A DNA stretch of 64,000 nt, taken from Nitrosopumilaceae archaeon. Its GTDB lineage: Archaea; Thermoproteota; Nitrososphaeria; Nitrososphaerales; Nitrosopumilaceae. Shown here in pieces: positions 1 through 10,509 of this stretch. The notes beneath the pieces are model-generated. The model did not search any database and was not told where the DNA came from. It saw nothing but the letters and a program-made list of their open reading frames with translations. The position numbers were made by a program, and so were the translations under genes. The DNA is taken from positions 476,265-540,264 of the forward strand of contig CBDATR010000010.1 of the NCBI GenBank assembly GCA_965200155.1. Direction: 5' to 3'. Position 1 is the stretch's first letter, and every line of letters begins with the position of its first letter.

Positions 1-101
1 ATGCCGCCGTGTATACCGCGAGTATAGGGATACTCTCCTGATTCCTGTTCCCCATATATCCGGTTCACCTCGAATCCCGAATCAGTGTATAATGATGCCA
101 T
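1..101 (-). CDS. methylmalonyl-CoA mutase large subunit, N-terminal part (runs off window)
   Basis: Manual translation MASLYTDSGFEVNRIYGEQESGEYPYTRGIHGG matches the MCM N-terminal motif (TxSG...GEYPYTRG); directly downstream of meaB. Confidence 0.85.
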   Translation of the reverse strand, partial: MASLYTDSGFEVNRIYGEQESGEYPYTRGIHGG

Positions 102-107
102 CCCATA

Positions 108-1055
108 TCACCGTAGCAGGCGCCCCGCCATAATCTCTGCAGCTGTATAGGGATCCAGCTGACCGGACTTTACCGCGCCTACATCTGCCTGTAGTAGTCC
201 GGACCACTCCATACCAAGTCGTAACTGAAACTTGGTTAAAATCATATCTCTAAGTTCTGACTCCAAGGCAATAGTCCGCCGCTGTTCCCTGTTGGCACTA
301 TTCTTCTCCAAGGTACTCCGTATTGCATCGTATAGTTCCTCTACACCAGTCTTCTCCTTTACCGAAGTTCGAAGTATTGTGGGATTGCGCCCGGAGTCAC
401 CTATGAAATCCCTAACCGCATCATACAAGGACGCTGACGCCGGCAGGTCAGACTTGTTAACCACACAAATGTCCCCGATCTCGGTTATCCCCGCCTTTAT
501 GGTCTGAATGCTGTCACCCGTATGGGGGTTGAATACAACCACCGTGGCATCGGATATGGCAGATATATCCACCTCGGTCTGGCCCGCCCCGACACTCTCC
601 ACGATTATAATGTCATATCCCGCATACTCCAGCACCCTTATGCTGTCACGCAGGGACGCGGACAGTGCTCCGGTTGCGCCACGGGATGCCAGGCTTCTTA
701 TGTAGACCCCGGAGTCGGTGGACTGGGTCATGCGTACACGATCCCCCAATATGGCGCCGCCGGTGATATGACTGGAGGGGTCTATTGCAAGAACCGCTGC
801 GTGTATATCTTTTTGCGACATTACTGTCGCGATACTGTCTATAAGCGAGCTCTTCCCGGCGCCTCCGGGACCGGTCACACCCACTATATCAGAGCCACCC
901 GTATGTGGGAATATGGTACGCATCATGTCTGCGTATTCGGGTGTGTGATTCTCCACTATGCTCAGCGCTCGCGCTATTGCCCTGCGTCTGCCGGCCTTGA
1001 GCTCTTTCATGTCTATGGGCATTTCATGCATCATTGTATTAACCACAATATACAT
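108..1055 (-). CDS. meaB: methylmalonyl-CoA mutase-associated GTPase MeaB/ArgK
   Basis: GxTGPGGAGKSS, DPSSxxTGGAILGDRVRM, ESVGAGQ, NKSD motifs; true start may be a few codons downstream. Confidence 0.95.
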   Translation of the reverse strand: MYIVVNTMMHEMPIDMKELKAGRRRAIARALSIVENHTPEYADMMRTIFPHTGGSDIVGVTGPGGAGKSSLIDSIATVMSQKDIHAAVLAIDPSSHITGGAILGDRVRMTQSTDSGVYIRSLASRGATGALSASLRDSIRVLEYAGYDIIIVESVGAGQTEVDISAISDATVVVFNPHTGDSIQTIKAGITEIGDICVVNKSDLPASASLYDAVRDFIGDSGRNPTILRTSVKEKTGVEELYDAIRSTLEKNSANREQRRTIALESELRDMILTKFQLRLGMEWSGLLQADVGAVKSGQLDPYTAAEIMAGRLLR

Positions 1056-1444
1056 TATCTTACAAATATGACCGGGGCCACCCCTTGGCCCGCCTCACGA
1101 ATTTCCGTTTTCATGCGTATCTGCCCCAGTGTCTCGTGCTGGATGTCCAGTATGATAGGATGCACACCCCACCCGTATTGTGGCGGAGCCGGTAAAATCA
1201 CCGTGTCATAAAAGGAGTGACCGTCGTATGTACGCTGCAGGGTCTCGGCCATGCCCTGAATCTCCATGATCACATATTCAGTACGCTCTGACTGGTCAAA
1301 AAAATGTACGTGAACGACACCGTCCGCATAGGTAGCGTTTATGTGAAAGAACTCTGGATCCTGTGGCCGGGTAATATCAGATATGAGAAAATACAATCCC
1401 AAGGTTCCCGCAAGGGCCGCGACGCACAATATGGGGATGATCAT
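1055..1444 (-). CDS. hypothetical membrane-anchored protein
   Basis: 129 aa, N-terminal hydrophobic helix, overlaps both neighbours in operon fashion. Confidence 0.7.
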   Translation of the reverse strand: MIIPILCVAALAGTLGLYFLISDITRPQDPEFFHINATYADGVVHVHFFDQSERTEYVIMEIQGMAETLQRTYDGHSFYDTVILPAPPQYGWGVHPIILDIQHETLGQIRMKTEIREAGQGVAPVIFVR

Positions 1445-3918
1445 GCCACATTATCTATATCACGTTGCGAGGCCCGGGCGCGGAACTTTTCATATATGGA
1501 CACAAGCTCCTGTGTCTGTCGCAGAGTCCGCTTAGTACCCGGTACCGGATGCTTCCTGAAGAAGTCACCGATTTGCATTCCCTGCTCCTGAGTCAGGGCA
1601 GGCGCCATGCCGTATATTATACGGGAGAATATGGGATTTCCGTGGCCTATCTTGGCCTCCATTTTACCCCAATTCTGCTGTAACCATGGCCATAACATTC
1701 CATATCCGTTGGGGTTCGCTGCCACGCGTAACACGGGCAGTTGCATATCCTGGGAGCGTACAGCATCAGATAATGCAAAGTCCAGTGTCTTGCGCAGCAT
1801 GGCCTTGCTGCTAAATCCGCACATTCCTGATAGTATGCGCAACTTCTCCTCTATGGACTGGTTCTCCAGGAATAGCTTGACAAACATGTCATGCAGTTTG
1901 GTCCCGCCGGGTCCGGCGGCCACCGTAAAGACAGGCTCCCGCATGTCAGGATGTACCGATGATGGATGGTCATAGAATGAGTCGGTCATGCCACGGGAGC
2001 GCATATTGACCTCCTGGTCTCCCAGATAGCCCAGCGCCTTTACGGTTATACCGCGCAAGAACGCGTATGTATGTGGATCTCTCTCCAAGGGATGCCAGCC
2101 CAGCCGCTTTAAGATGCCGGAGAAGAGAGGCCTCGCCACCTCGGCGACACGGGCATTCCAGCCCCGGCCCCCCGTCATGTTCAGCAACAATACCATATTA
2201 CGGGATACGTCCATTAATGGAAGGTAGTCGTGCTTGTGATTGTACTGGGAGACCAAATCCAGATAATCACCTATGTCCACCATACCAGCGACACAGAATG
2301 CAAATGCATCGTTTTGGACACCCCACGAGTCCTTGGAAGAGAGGCGGTGTCGACCAATTTGGGATTTTATCTCTGAGTATAATTCCCCCTTGTATAATAC
2401 CCGGTAAAAACCCGTACGTTCCGGATTGGCAGTAAAACTTCGGGCCGACTCCAGCGTCGCAACACGCTCATTCATGATATGAGTTCGTATCCGGCGACCG
2501 TTTCGAAACCTGACCGGTATGGGCCAAATCGACCGTCTAGACTCAGTACCGTCTGCACGAAATCTCTCCTGCTTTAGAACGACATCAGGACCGGAGCGCT
2601 CTGCCTTTATAATGGGAAAACCGGGGCGGGATAGCCAGTCTTCCACCATAGAGCGGACAGGCTTATTCTTTCCCTCCATGCATTCCCAGAGATCCCCGCC
2701 GGAAGCATTTTTGTAAGCGAACCGGCGCAGATAGCGACGCAAGCCTGTGCGAAATGTTACCGGTCCCACAAAGTCCTCCAGCATACGCAGTACACAACCA
2801 CCCTTGTCATAGGATATGGCATCGAATATTTCCTGTACCTGGGAGGGCGATCTCACTTCCACATCTATGGGATGGGTCGAACGTAGTGAGTCCATAGTCA
2901 TGGCGCCGTTTATCGAGTCGTCCACAAACTGGTCCCAAAGGTTCCACTCCGGATGGAATACGTCCAGAATTTTTGTGGCCATAAATGTTGCAAAGCTCTC
3001 GTTCAGCCAGAGATCATTCCACCATTGCATGGTAACAAGATTGCCAAACCACTGGTGCGCCAGCTCATGGGATATAACCTCCGCGATGAGCTGCTTGGTG
3101 CGGGTGGAGGAGTTATTCTCGTCGTATAATAGCAGGCTCTCCCGGAATGTTATGGCGCCCCAGTTCTCCATGGCACCGGCTGCAAAGTCAGGTAATGCCA
3201 CAAGATCCAGCTTGGGCAGGGGATATGGCTTTGCAAAGTATTTCTCAAATTCCGGAAGTAGTTTCTTGGTCACCCCCAAGGCATATCTCCCCTGATGAGA
3301 CTTGCCCGGTACAGTAACTATACGTATGGACCCTCCATCGCTCAGATATTCAAAGTTACCCACCCCCAGATATAACAGGTACGTTGACATTATGGGTGTC
3401 TTTTTGAATTTGTATACGGTGCGCCCCTTCTTTCTTGTCTCCCGCTGTACGGGCATATTGGATATGGCAGTCATATTACCGGGGGTGATTATGGTAACTC
3501 CAAAGGTAGCCTTGCAGTCAGGCCTATCCCAGCAGGGGAATGCGCGCCGGGCATCCGCGGGCTCAAATTGTGTGGTGGCCAGATACATTGTCTTGCCGTC
3601 AACTGTGTACCTGCTCCTGTAAAAACCCAGTAACCGGTCATTTAGTGTACCGGTATAGCCAATATCCACCACACAGTCACCGGACACCTCTTGGGGCAAC
3701 CGTATGTGCAGAGTCTCGGCTTTACTGTTAGTCTCAGCCCGTAATGTTGTACCGGATGTTAATATGGTGCACGAGTCTACGACTAAATCCGCTGCATCCA
3801 AAGCCAGAACAGATATGGCATCAGGGCATCGTACCGATATGCGCGCCCTACCCCGAAACGTAAAATCATCAAAGTTTGGCTCAAACTCCAGATCATAATG
3901 TATTGGGATGGCGCTCAT
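1441..3918 (-). CDS. M1 family aminopeptidase (tricorn-interacting factor F2/F3-like)
   Basis: GAMEN and HELAH...NE zinc motifs; start taken at MSAIPIHYDL. Confidence 0.95.
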   Translation of the reverse strand: MSAIPIHYDLEFEPNFDDFTFRGRARISVRCPDAISVLALDAADLVVDSCTILTSGTTLRAETNSKAETLHIRLPQEVSGDCVVDIGYTGTLNDRLLGFYRSRYTVDGKTMYLATTQFEPADARRAFPCWDRPDCKATFGVTIITPGNMTAISNMPVQRETRKKGRTVYKFKKTPIMSTYLLYLGVGNFEYLSDGGSIRIVTVPGKSHQGRYALGVTKKLLPEFEKYFAKPYPLPKLDLVALPDFAAGAMENWGAITFRESLLLYDENNSSTRTKQLIAEVISHELAHQWFGNLVTMQWWNDLWLNESFATFMATKILDVFHPEWNLWDQFVDDSINGAMTMDSLRSTHPIDVEVRSPSQVQEIFDAISYDKGGCVLRMLEDFVGPVTFRTGLRRYLRRFAYKNASGGDLWECMEGKNKPVRSMVEDWLSRPGFPIIKAERSGPDVVLKQERFRADGTESRRSIWPIPVRFRNGRRIRTHIMNERVATLESARSFTANPERTGFYRVLYKGELYSEIKSQIGRHRLSSKDSWGVQNDAFAFCVAGMVDIGDYLDLVSQYNHKHDYLPLMDVSRNMVLLLNMTGGRGWNARVAEVARPLFSGILKRLGWHPLERDPHTYAFLRGITVKALGYLGDQEVNMRSRGMTDSFYDHPSSVHPDMREPVFTVAAGPGGTKLHDMFVKLFLENQSIEEKLRILSGMCGFSSKAMLRKTLDFALSDAVRSQDMQLPVLRVAANPNGYGMLWPWLQQNWGKMEAKIGHGNPIFSRIIYGMAPALTQEQGMQIGDFFRKHPVPGTKRTLRQTQELVSIYEKFRARASQRDIDNVA

Positions 3919-3994
3919 GATAACCGTGGAATACCGTCTCTTATGAACATTGATGAAGAATTGACGCAGGCGACCACCCCCGGGGCAGTATGCC

Positions 3995-4082
3995 ATATGA
4001 GTTCATGTCTTAATCTCGTGCTCAAATCATGCTAATTGCCACTATCGGCCGTGTGTAAATCTAGACACAGGTGAACACATAT
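3995..4082. mobile_element. degenerate old copy of the 92-bp GTATGAGTTCAC MITE
   Basis: atatgagttcatgtctt...aaatctagacacaggtgaacacatat aligns to the MITE consensus with many changes. Confidence 0.65.
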
Positions 4083-4201
4083 GATTCGAGTTTGTGCGCT
4101 CAGACCTCACGCTGAACCTGACACGGATTTTGCCATAAAAGCAGATACGGTGCGTACATGCGCCTCAGAGATCATGGGTTACTGAAACGGTTACCAAACA
4201 T

Positions 4202-4325
4202 GTAACCGTTTAGATCGCGTAAAAATCAGACACCTATGATAAACCCATGGGCATATGTAAGATAGAAAAGGCATGAATTGATATGTTCGCGGTGTATTTT
4301 GCTCAGGGGTGATCTAAACGGTTAT
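4202..4325. mobile_element. IS66-type MITE (GTAACCGTTTAG ends, ~125-140 bp family)
   Basis: Terminal IRs gtaaccgtttagatc...gatctaaacggttat; internal similarity to 43816-43957. Confidence 0.7.
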
Positions 4326-4372
4326 CCAAACATTATAGACAAACTTAAAATGCTCAATGCCATAGCCGGAGC

Positions 4373-5131
4373 ATGGCACTACTTACCGTAAAGAACATCC
4401 GTAAGCATTTTGACGGGAACGTGGTTTTAGATGGCATCGACATGGAGCTGGAAGCTGGCAATGTGTACCAGCTCATTGGACCAAACGGCTGTGGAAAGAG
4501 TACGCTGGTCAATGTTATAGGAGGAGTCCTAAAGCCCGATACGGGTAGCGTTGTATTTGACGGCCACGATATAACAGGAAAAGAGCCTCACGAGGTATAC
4601 GAGCATGGGTTGGTGAGGTCATTCCAGATACCACAACCCTTTGTGAATCTGTCAGTCAACGAGAACGTTATGACATCCAGTACCAAGAATCGGGGAGATA
4701 CATACAGGAATGCCCCCCTGCGCAGAAAGTGGGTTCCTGATGAAAAAAAGTTACAAAAACAAGCCGATGAACTTCTGGACATGCTCAATATAGACAAGGT
4801 GCGGGACAATTTGAGTAACAATTTGAGTGGGGGGCAGATGAAATTATTGGAGTTGGGCAGAATAATGATGTCTGGGGCCAAGATGATATTTATGGACGAG
4901 CCCATAGCGGGCGTGAACCCAACCTTGGCTCACGAGATATTTAAAAAGATAAACCACATACGTAAAGAGCTGGGCATCACTTTTCTCATAATCGAGCACC
5001 GTCTTGACATATCATTTCAGTATGTAGACATAGTGTTGGCCACAGACCAGGGCCGTATATTGGCCGTGGATACACCAGACAACATTGTAAAGAACATAGA
5101 TGTGATAGAGTCGTACATGGGAGTGAAATGA
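4373..5131 (+). CDS. livG: branched-chain amino acid ABC transporter ATP-binding protein (LivG-like)
   Basis: GPNGCGKST, RSFQIPQPF, LSGGQ, DEP, IEH. Confidence 0.9.
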   Translation: MALLTVKNIRKHFDGNVVLDGIDMELEAGNVYQLIGPNGCGKSTLVNVIGGVLKPDTGSVVFDGHDITGKEPHEVYEHGLVRSFQIPQPFVNLSVNENVMTSSTKNRGDTYRNAPLRRKWVPDEKKLQKQADELLDMLNIDKVRDNLSNNLSGGQMKLLELGRIMMSGAKMIFMDEPIAGVNPTLAHEIFKKINHIRKELGITFLIIEHRLDISFQYVDIVLATDQGRILAVDTPDNIVKNIDVIESYMGVK

Positions 5132-5853
5132 GCGACAAGCAAGTAGTACTGAGAACTGAAAAGTTGGATGCAGGGTTTGCCAAGAGTCACATCCTGTTTG
5201 GATTAGACTTTGAGGCAAGACATAACGAGATTACTGTTATTGTGGGACCAAATGGTTGCGGAAAGAGTACACTGCTCAAGAGCGTATTTGGACTCACTAC
5301 AATATACTCAGGAAAGATAATCTACAATGATAAGGACATTACCGGCTTGGCACCGCACCAGATTACCCGTAAAAAAATAGCATACCTTCCTCAGGTCAAC
5401 AATGTCTTTGCCAATCTAACCATAAACGAGAATCTCATAATGGCCAGCTACACACTCACAAAGAAGGAGTACAAGGAGAGACTCCCGCGTATATACGAAA
5501 CATTCCCCATATTGAACGAGTACCGGAACAAAAAATCCACCGTACTCAGCGGAGGCCAGAGACAGATGCTAGGTATGGGAATGGCCATGATGAGAAAACC
5601 GGAACTGATGCTTTTTGACGAACCGACCGCGGGACTGTCACCCAAGCTTGCGGATCAGGTACTAGAAAAGATAGTTCAGATGAGGGATGAGTTGGGCATC
5701 ACCATAATGCTTGTAGAGCAAGATGTACAACGGGCCCTGAAGGTTGGAGACAAGGTATACCTCTTTGCAGGAGGCAAGAACATTTTTGATGGCAAACCCG
5801 ATGAACTACGAAGTCATCCTGAACTGGGTCGCATGTACTTGGGCGCCCACTAG
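5128..5853 (+). CDS. livF: branched-chain amino acid ABC transporter ATP-binding protein (LivF-like)
   Basis: GPNGCGKST, LSGGQRQML, DEPTAGLSP, VEQ. Confidence 0.9.
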   Translation: MSDKQVVLRTEKLDAGFAKSHILFGLDFEARHNEITVIVGPNGCGKSTLLKSVFGLTTIYSGKIIYNDKDITGLAPHQITRKKIAYLPQVNNVFANLTINENLIMASYTLTKKEYKERLPRIYETFPILNEYRNKKSTVLSGGQRQMLGMGMAMMRKPELMLFDEPTAGLSPKLADQVLEKIVQMRDELGITIMLVEQDVQRALKVGDKVYLFAGGKNIFDGKPDELRSHPELGRMYLGAH

Positions 5854-5973
5854 TGAATGTTTGTCTGATTACATGAATTACTCCAAGATATGCATATCAA
5901 TCGGGGCTATGCCGGGCAGATAGCATAATGTGTCAGCCCATAACGTGGCAGAATTATGCGAGCAGTATTATCG

Positions 5974-7698
5974 CTACCAGTAATTGGCGCGTATCTTTTC
6001 TATTACCATCTCGTGTTCCCGACTCTTGCGACGGGCATATCTTTCCATGGCACCCAAGGGAACACCACCCAAGGAACGGGCAATCATATTAAAGAAGTAC
6101 CTCTGCGGCCCCCGGGCACCGGTCTTGGTCATGAACTTTTGAATGCCATACTTGAAGTTGTGCTGCCATGTCTTGTACATCACACCCAACTGGGCCGGGT
6201 CCATCTCGTTGCCTATATTGAAGAACTCTGACTTTTCCAGCAGACCAATAGGCACAAAGGTAAGAGGCGTAGCCGTAAACATGGACTCCGGCTGTTCCTG
6301 CTCCAACTCGTTTATGAGACGTATGGTCTCCCAAGAGTCTTCAGGAGTTTCGTCGTTGTCCAGTCCCATTATAAGGGTAAATGCAGGTATCCAGTAGTCT
6401 TCATTGAGGGTCTTTACCCCTTCCTTTACAACCCAGTGCCACTCCTCGGGTGAGTAGGGTGCAAGCTTGCGATCTGCGTATTTGTCTATAAGTCGGAGAC
6501 TGCCTGTCTCAAAGCCGCACTGTATACCAATGACGTTGTCAGGGCCAGATTTCATTATGCGGGACAGGTTAGGAATTAGTTTCTCATCGGCAATGGCACC
6601 GGCCAAGGTTCCATGAGTTGGATTGGTGTGCTCTATACCGGCAGACATTATTGCAGTGAAGAGCTCTTCCAAGGCTTCCCGGTTGGGCTCCATACCCTTG
6701 CTTGTTCTTGGATCCATACCGTAAACGAATATGTCATCGCTGTGTACCCACGCGGATCTTGTTCCACCCTTCTTTATGTTTATCTCAATCTCTTTCTTTA
6801 CCTTCTCCGGAGGATAGTATCGTAGCGAACGTAGTGTAACGTCACAGAATTTGCAACCCCGCCCGCAACCACGCATAACCTCGATCATGCCATGCATGCT
6901 AGGCTCCACTATGTTTGGTATCTCTTCCAAGTCCGGGCGATCCCAAAAGTTCACAAACCGTCCATACATCTTCTTTCCAGACCGCTCGAACTCCTTTATG
7001 TTCACCTTAAAGTCAGCCCTCTTACGGAATGGATCCATATTCTCAAACTGACCATCCATAAGGTAACGGAAGAATTTACCAGCGTGTCCGTCTATCTCCG
7101 GCGCAATACCGCCTAGCTCACCCTCCAGAATTGCATATATGCCAAATTCCTCTATCTTCTCGGGAGCATAATTGTACTGCCAGGTTCCCGATGCGCCCGA
7201 TATAACCTTGGCTTGACTTCCGGTCCTCTTCTTGGCCTTATTGATGCGACGGTGCAGCTCCGTATTGTAGTACTCATCATAGGATGTCTGTTTGCGCCCA
7301 TAAGTGAAGGTCATAGTTACCGGACCCATGCCCAAGGGATCCATCTCATATGTTCCAATTACCTGCGTCTCTGGTCCGATAAATTTCTCGATGTGGTTTG
7401 GATGGGCTATAACCACCTCGTCCCTACTGAATCCGTCCCGCAATAATCCTGCCTCCACTTTGCGAAGGCCATAGGGTGCATAATTCGCTACTCCATTAGT
7501 ATGAGGTATGTAGTTACAGATAAAGTCGAATAGTACCTTGGGGGTGACCTGGTTTTTCAGTATCTTGTACCAGAAGCTCTTCTTGTCACGATGGGGATCA
7601 ATGGCCGGGGCGCATCCAAAGAATGTAGCAAGAGACAGGTGACGATACGGTGACATGAGGGTGCGATCCGCGGTCAGTACTATCTTTGGCTTGGCCAT
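5974..7698 (-). CDS. B12-binding radical SAM protein, GDGT ring synthase (Grs)-like
   Basis: CxxxCxxC (GCGRGCKFC); N-terminal KIVLTADRTLM and APYGLRKVEA recalled as typical of Grs-like proteins. Radical SAM is secure; Grs identity is inferred. Confidence 0.75.
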   Translation of the reverse strand: MAKPKIVLTADRTLMSPYRHLSLATFFGCAPAIDPHRDKKSFWYKILKNQVTPKVLFDFICNYIPHTNGVANYAPYGLRKVEAGLLRDGFSRDEVVIAHPNHIEKFIGPETQVIGTYEMDPLGMGPVTMTFTYGRKQTSYDEYYNTELHRRINKAKKRTGSQAKVISGASGTWQYNYAPEKIEEFGIYAILEGELGGIAPEIDGHAGKFFRYLMDGQFENMDPFRKRADFKVNIKEFERSGKKMYGRFVNFWDRPDLEEIPNIVEPSMHGMIEVMRGCGRGCKFCDVTLRSLRYYPPEKVKKEIEINIKKGGTRSAWVHSDDIFVYGMDPRTSKGMEPNREALEELFTAIMSAGIEHTNPTHGTLAGAIADEKLIPNLSRIMKSGPDNVIGIQCGFETGSLRLIDKYADRKLAPYSPEEWHWVVKEGVKTLNEDYWIPAFTLIMGLDNDETPEDSWETIRLINELEQEQPESMFTATPLTFVPIGLLEKSEFFNIGNEMDPAQLGVMYKTWQHNFKYGIQKFMTKTGARGPQRYFFNMIARSLGGVPLGAMERYARRKSREHEMVIEKIRANYW

Positions 7699-7755
7699 TA
7701 CTAGGTGATGAAATTTTTAAAATATACTTTAAATCTTTTGGCTTGTCCAGGGGAT

Positions 7756-8713
7756 TCAATAGTACGAAAAGTAAGTCCGCTTAGGATCCGGCGTACAGTC
7801 GTTCAGATTACACAAGCCAGATGGTAAAGAGAATAACAGAGAAATCAATAGTAAGACAGCGCAAGAGGCGTTGCCACAACTAAAATATCTCAAGACCTGA
7901 AACAAGGCACGTACGAAGATTGTGAACCAGAGAACGGGAACGACTCGAGTAAAGATGGGCATGCCTATGATACCAATCACCGCCACCCAGATACGAATGG
8001 TAACTGAAGCAATACAGCAAGGATCCCGCCGGAGTAGTACGTATTGCAAAGAGGCTTAGATAGAATTACAATATATCGCGTAGTATATCGCATAATGAAA
8101 AAGAACGGTACAGCAGGATCATCACCTGCAAAGTCAGAGTGGGTACGCTATGAGCGTAAATATTCCAATGCAATGTGGCATTGGCATGTCATGAAAGATG
8201 AGAGCTTCAAGGGACTGAATCTCATAGATGATGCATCCAGGTGTATAGTCGGAGCGGCACTATTTGAGCATGCAACCTCAGAGAACGCCGCTCTATTACT
8301 GAGACTGGCAATGAAACAATTCGGCGCCCCTGCATCTCGGATAACGGCGCGTGTTTCGTAGGACAATAAAAGGGCAAGAAAAGCTGGACACCCACTATTC
8401 TAGGAAGAACTGCTGGATCAATACATCATACTAATCAGTTCCAGACCATGCCACCCGCAGACAAATGGCAAACTGGAGCGCTTCCATGGAATGATTGAGG
8501 ATAAGATATGGCATTATGACAGTCTCCGGGATTATGTGGACTACTACAATGAGAGAAGGTTGCACTTCTCACTGGATATAGATAACGGCGAAACGCTGCT
8601 CATGGCCTTTAGGAATAAACCTTCATAAGGCGACCCAGACAATCAGGGCAAATGATGTAAAATGGATGGAGCGAGATACCAATGACTAGCGGACCGACTT
8701 TTCATACATTACA
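7756..8713 (+). mobile_element. IS481-family element A, defective copy 1 (no TSD)
   Basis: Ends TCAATAGTACGAAAAGT...ACTTTTCATACATTACA; fragmented rve transposase (RYERKYSNAMWH, DDASRCI, HPQTNGKLERFH). Confidence 0.9.
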
Positions 8714-10195
8714 TCCGGACTAGAACCAGGCACAACCTATATGGTAAATGTATACGCTGATAACACCAAAGCAATGAGCGTCGGCTCGTTCAACTTTGAA
8801 ACCAGGGACACGAACCATTCCATTATGATAGAGGACCTGGATACCACTGCTATATCGCACCATGCCGCATCCTTCTCGTGGATGGCGAATCATCCGGGTT
8901 TCTTTGGGTATAGGGTGACGACTGACTCCAATGATGTTATAACACAGGGCCATACAGGTTATTATCAGGCCAATACAACCATTAATCTAGACGTTGACAG
9001 CCTGCAACCGGGCACCAACTACAACTTAAAGGTCAGCGCCCTATATAATGGAACTAGTGGTTATATGGAGGTAGGCTCCGCGACAAAATCATTCTCCACT
9101 ACTAATCCTCCACTGGCAGACCTTGCCGTACACAAGACATTCTCTACTCATGTAGATTTAACGTGGACCGCAATATCCAGGCAGTCTGAGTATATTGTGA
9201 AGGTAACGGATTCATCCGGTCATGTAACGAGTCATACAACACACCACGCCCCGGCCGATTCCATTGTTAAATATAGATTATATGGACTTGAACCATGTCA
9301 ATCTTATACTGTAATGGTATCGGCCCCATCTCACCCGGTTACCGGTCCGGCTACGGATTCAGACCCAATCACATTCTCCACTTGGAATACTAAACCAATA
9401 CGTAGTACAGACAAAGTGTCACGTGTTGGCTACTGCTATTTAGATGAGAGTAGTATCACAATACATTGGGACCGGTATGAGAATGGTAATAGCTATGTGG
9501 TGTTTCTAACAGGGAACGATGGCGATACGACCAGACATGTGGCAAATGGAATCTCACATACTATACATGATTTGATACCAGGTACCACGTATAGAGTTGA
9601 GGTCCAGCTAAATGGTAATGAAAATACAAAGTCACACAAGATACATTTCACTCCCTCATTCCCGACACATATGTGGGGACTTGTAGTGACTAGTAAAACT
9701 GATGGTGCTACTGCTTCCTGGCAGAAATATGGTGATACAAACGACTATGTGATTCGCGTGAATGATTCCAATGGCGCAAGAGTACTCGTGAATCATGTTG
9801 CCGGAACCACTCATACTATAACAGGCTTGGATTCAGATACCTCATACCAGGTACTAGTCCGGCTCAAGGGCGACACTACTATGTTCTCAAATACCAAGAC
9901 ATTCACTACACTCTCAGCGAATGGCGGCTTGACGGGAGTCGAAGACTCCATAGTACTGAATGTGAACCCAACCACTAATGGCGCCAATCTATCTTGGAAT
10001 CAGTACCATTCCATGACAGATTATGTAGTGCGTATCAATAACAATGATGGCAGTCGTCACTCTGCACATCATGTCTCAGGTACCACGTATACTATAACAG
10101 GCTTGGATTCAGATACCTCATACCAGGTACTAGTCCGGCTCAAGGGCGACACTACTATGTTCTCAAATATCAAGACATTCACGACACTCCAGTAA
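8714..10195 (+). pseudogene. 5'-truncated multi-fibronectin type III surface protein
   Basis: About five FN3 domains (W...Y...LxPGTxY); frame stays open upstream of ATG 8741 (SGLEPGTTY) right to the IS481 end; no signal peptide. Confidence 0.85.
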
Positions 10196-10450
10196 CTTGC
10201 AATTACAAAGAATGGGTGAGCAAAGTGGTGTGCCTAGCTACACGTCTGATAGAGGAGTCAGCGAGTTTGTGCGCAATTGAATTCTGAAAACAACCAATTA
10301 TGTATTGATTAAACTGCGGTTATACCGTGCGGCGACACCCTACGCCCCATTTAACGGACGCATCACTCCCTCTGGTACCTGTTGATGGAATGGTATACAG
10401 CATGGTAAGTCCTGACCGCGTGTTGTGTGTAATGATCGTAACCGCTTTGT

Positions 10451-10509
10451 CAAGAGGACTCTTATCTAAGAGTCCAACAAGAGGACTCTTATCTGAGTCC
10501 AACAAGAGG
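10451..10509. repeat. short tandem repeat with palindromic unit
   Basis: caagaggactcttatctaagagtccaa / caagaggactcttatctgagtccaa / caagagg. Confidence 0.8.

Noticed and set aside
232-3898. Many plus-strand ORFs overlapping meaB and the aminopeptidase (similar cases at 16236, 61791, 62776)
   Set aside because: Antisense shadows of well-supported genes with no motifs of their own
7756-8049. Recurrent hydrophobic ORF (...VTIRIWVAVI...PKRTYFSYY) at 7756, 19871, 45459 and 57691 as a membrane toxin
   Set aside because: Antisense to the IS481 5' region with variable starts and indels; recurrence is explained by IS copy number
9813-10182. DGR template/variable repeat pair
   Set aside because: Single C/T difference rather than adenine-specific changes, both copies are in-frame FN3 coding sequence, and no reverse transcriptase is present
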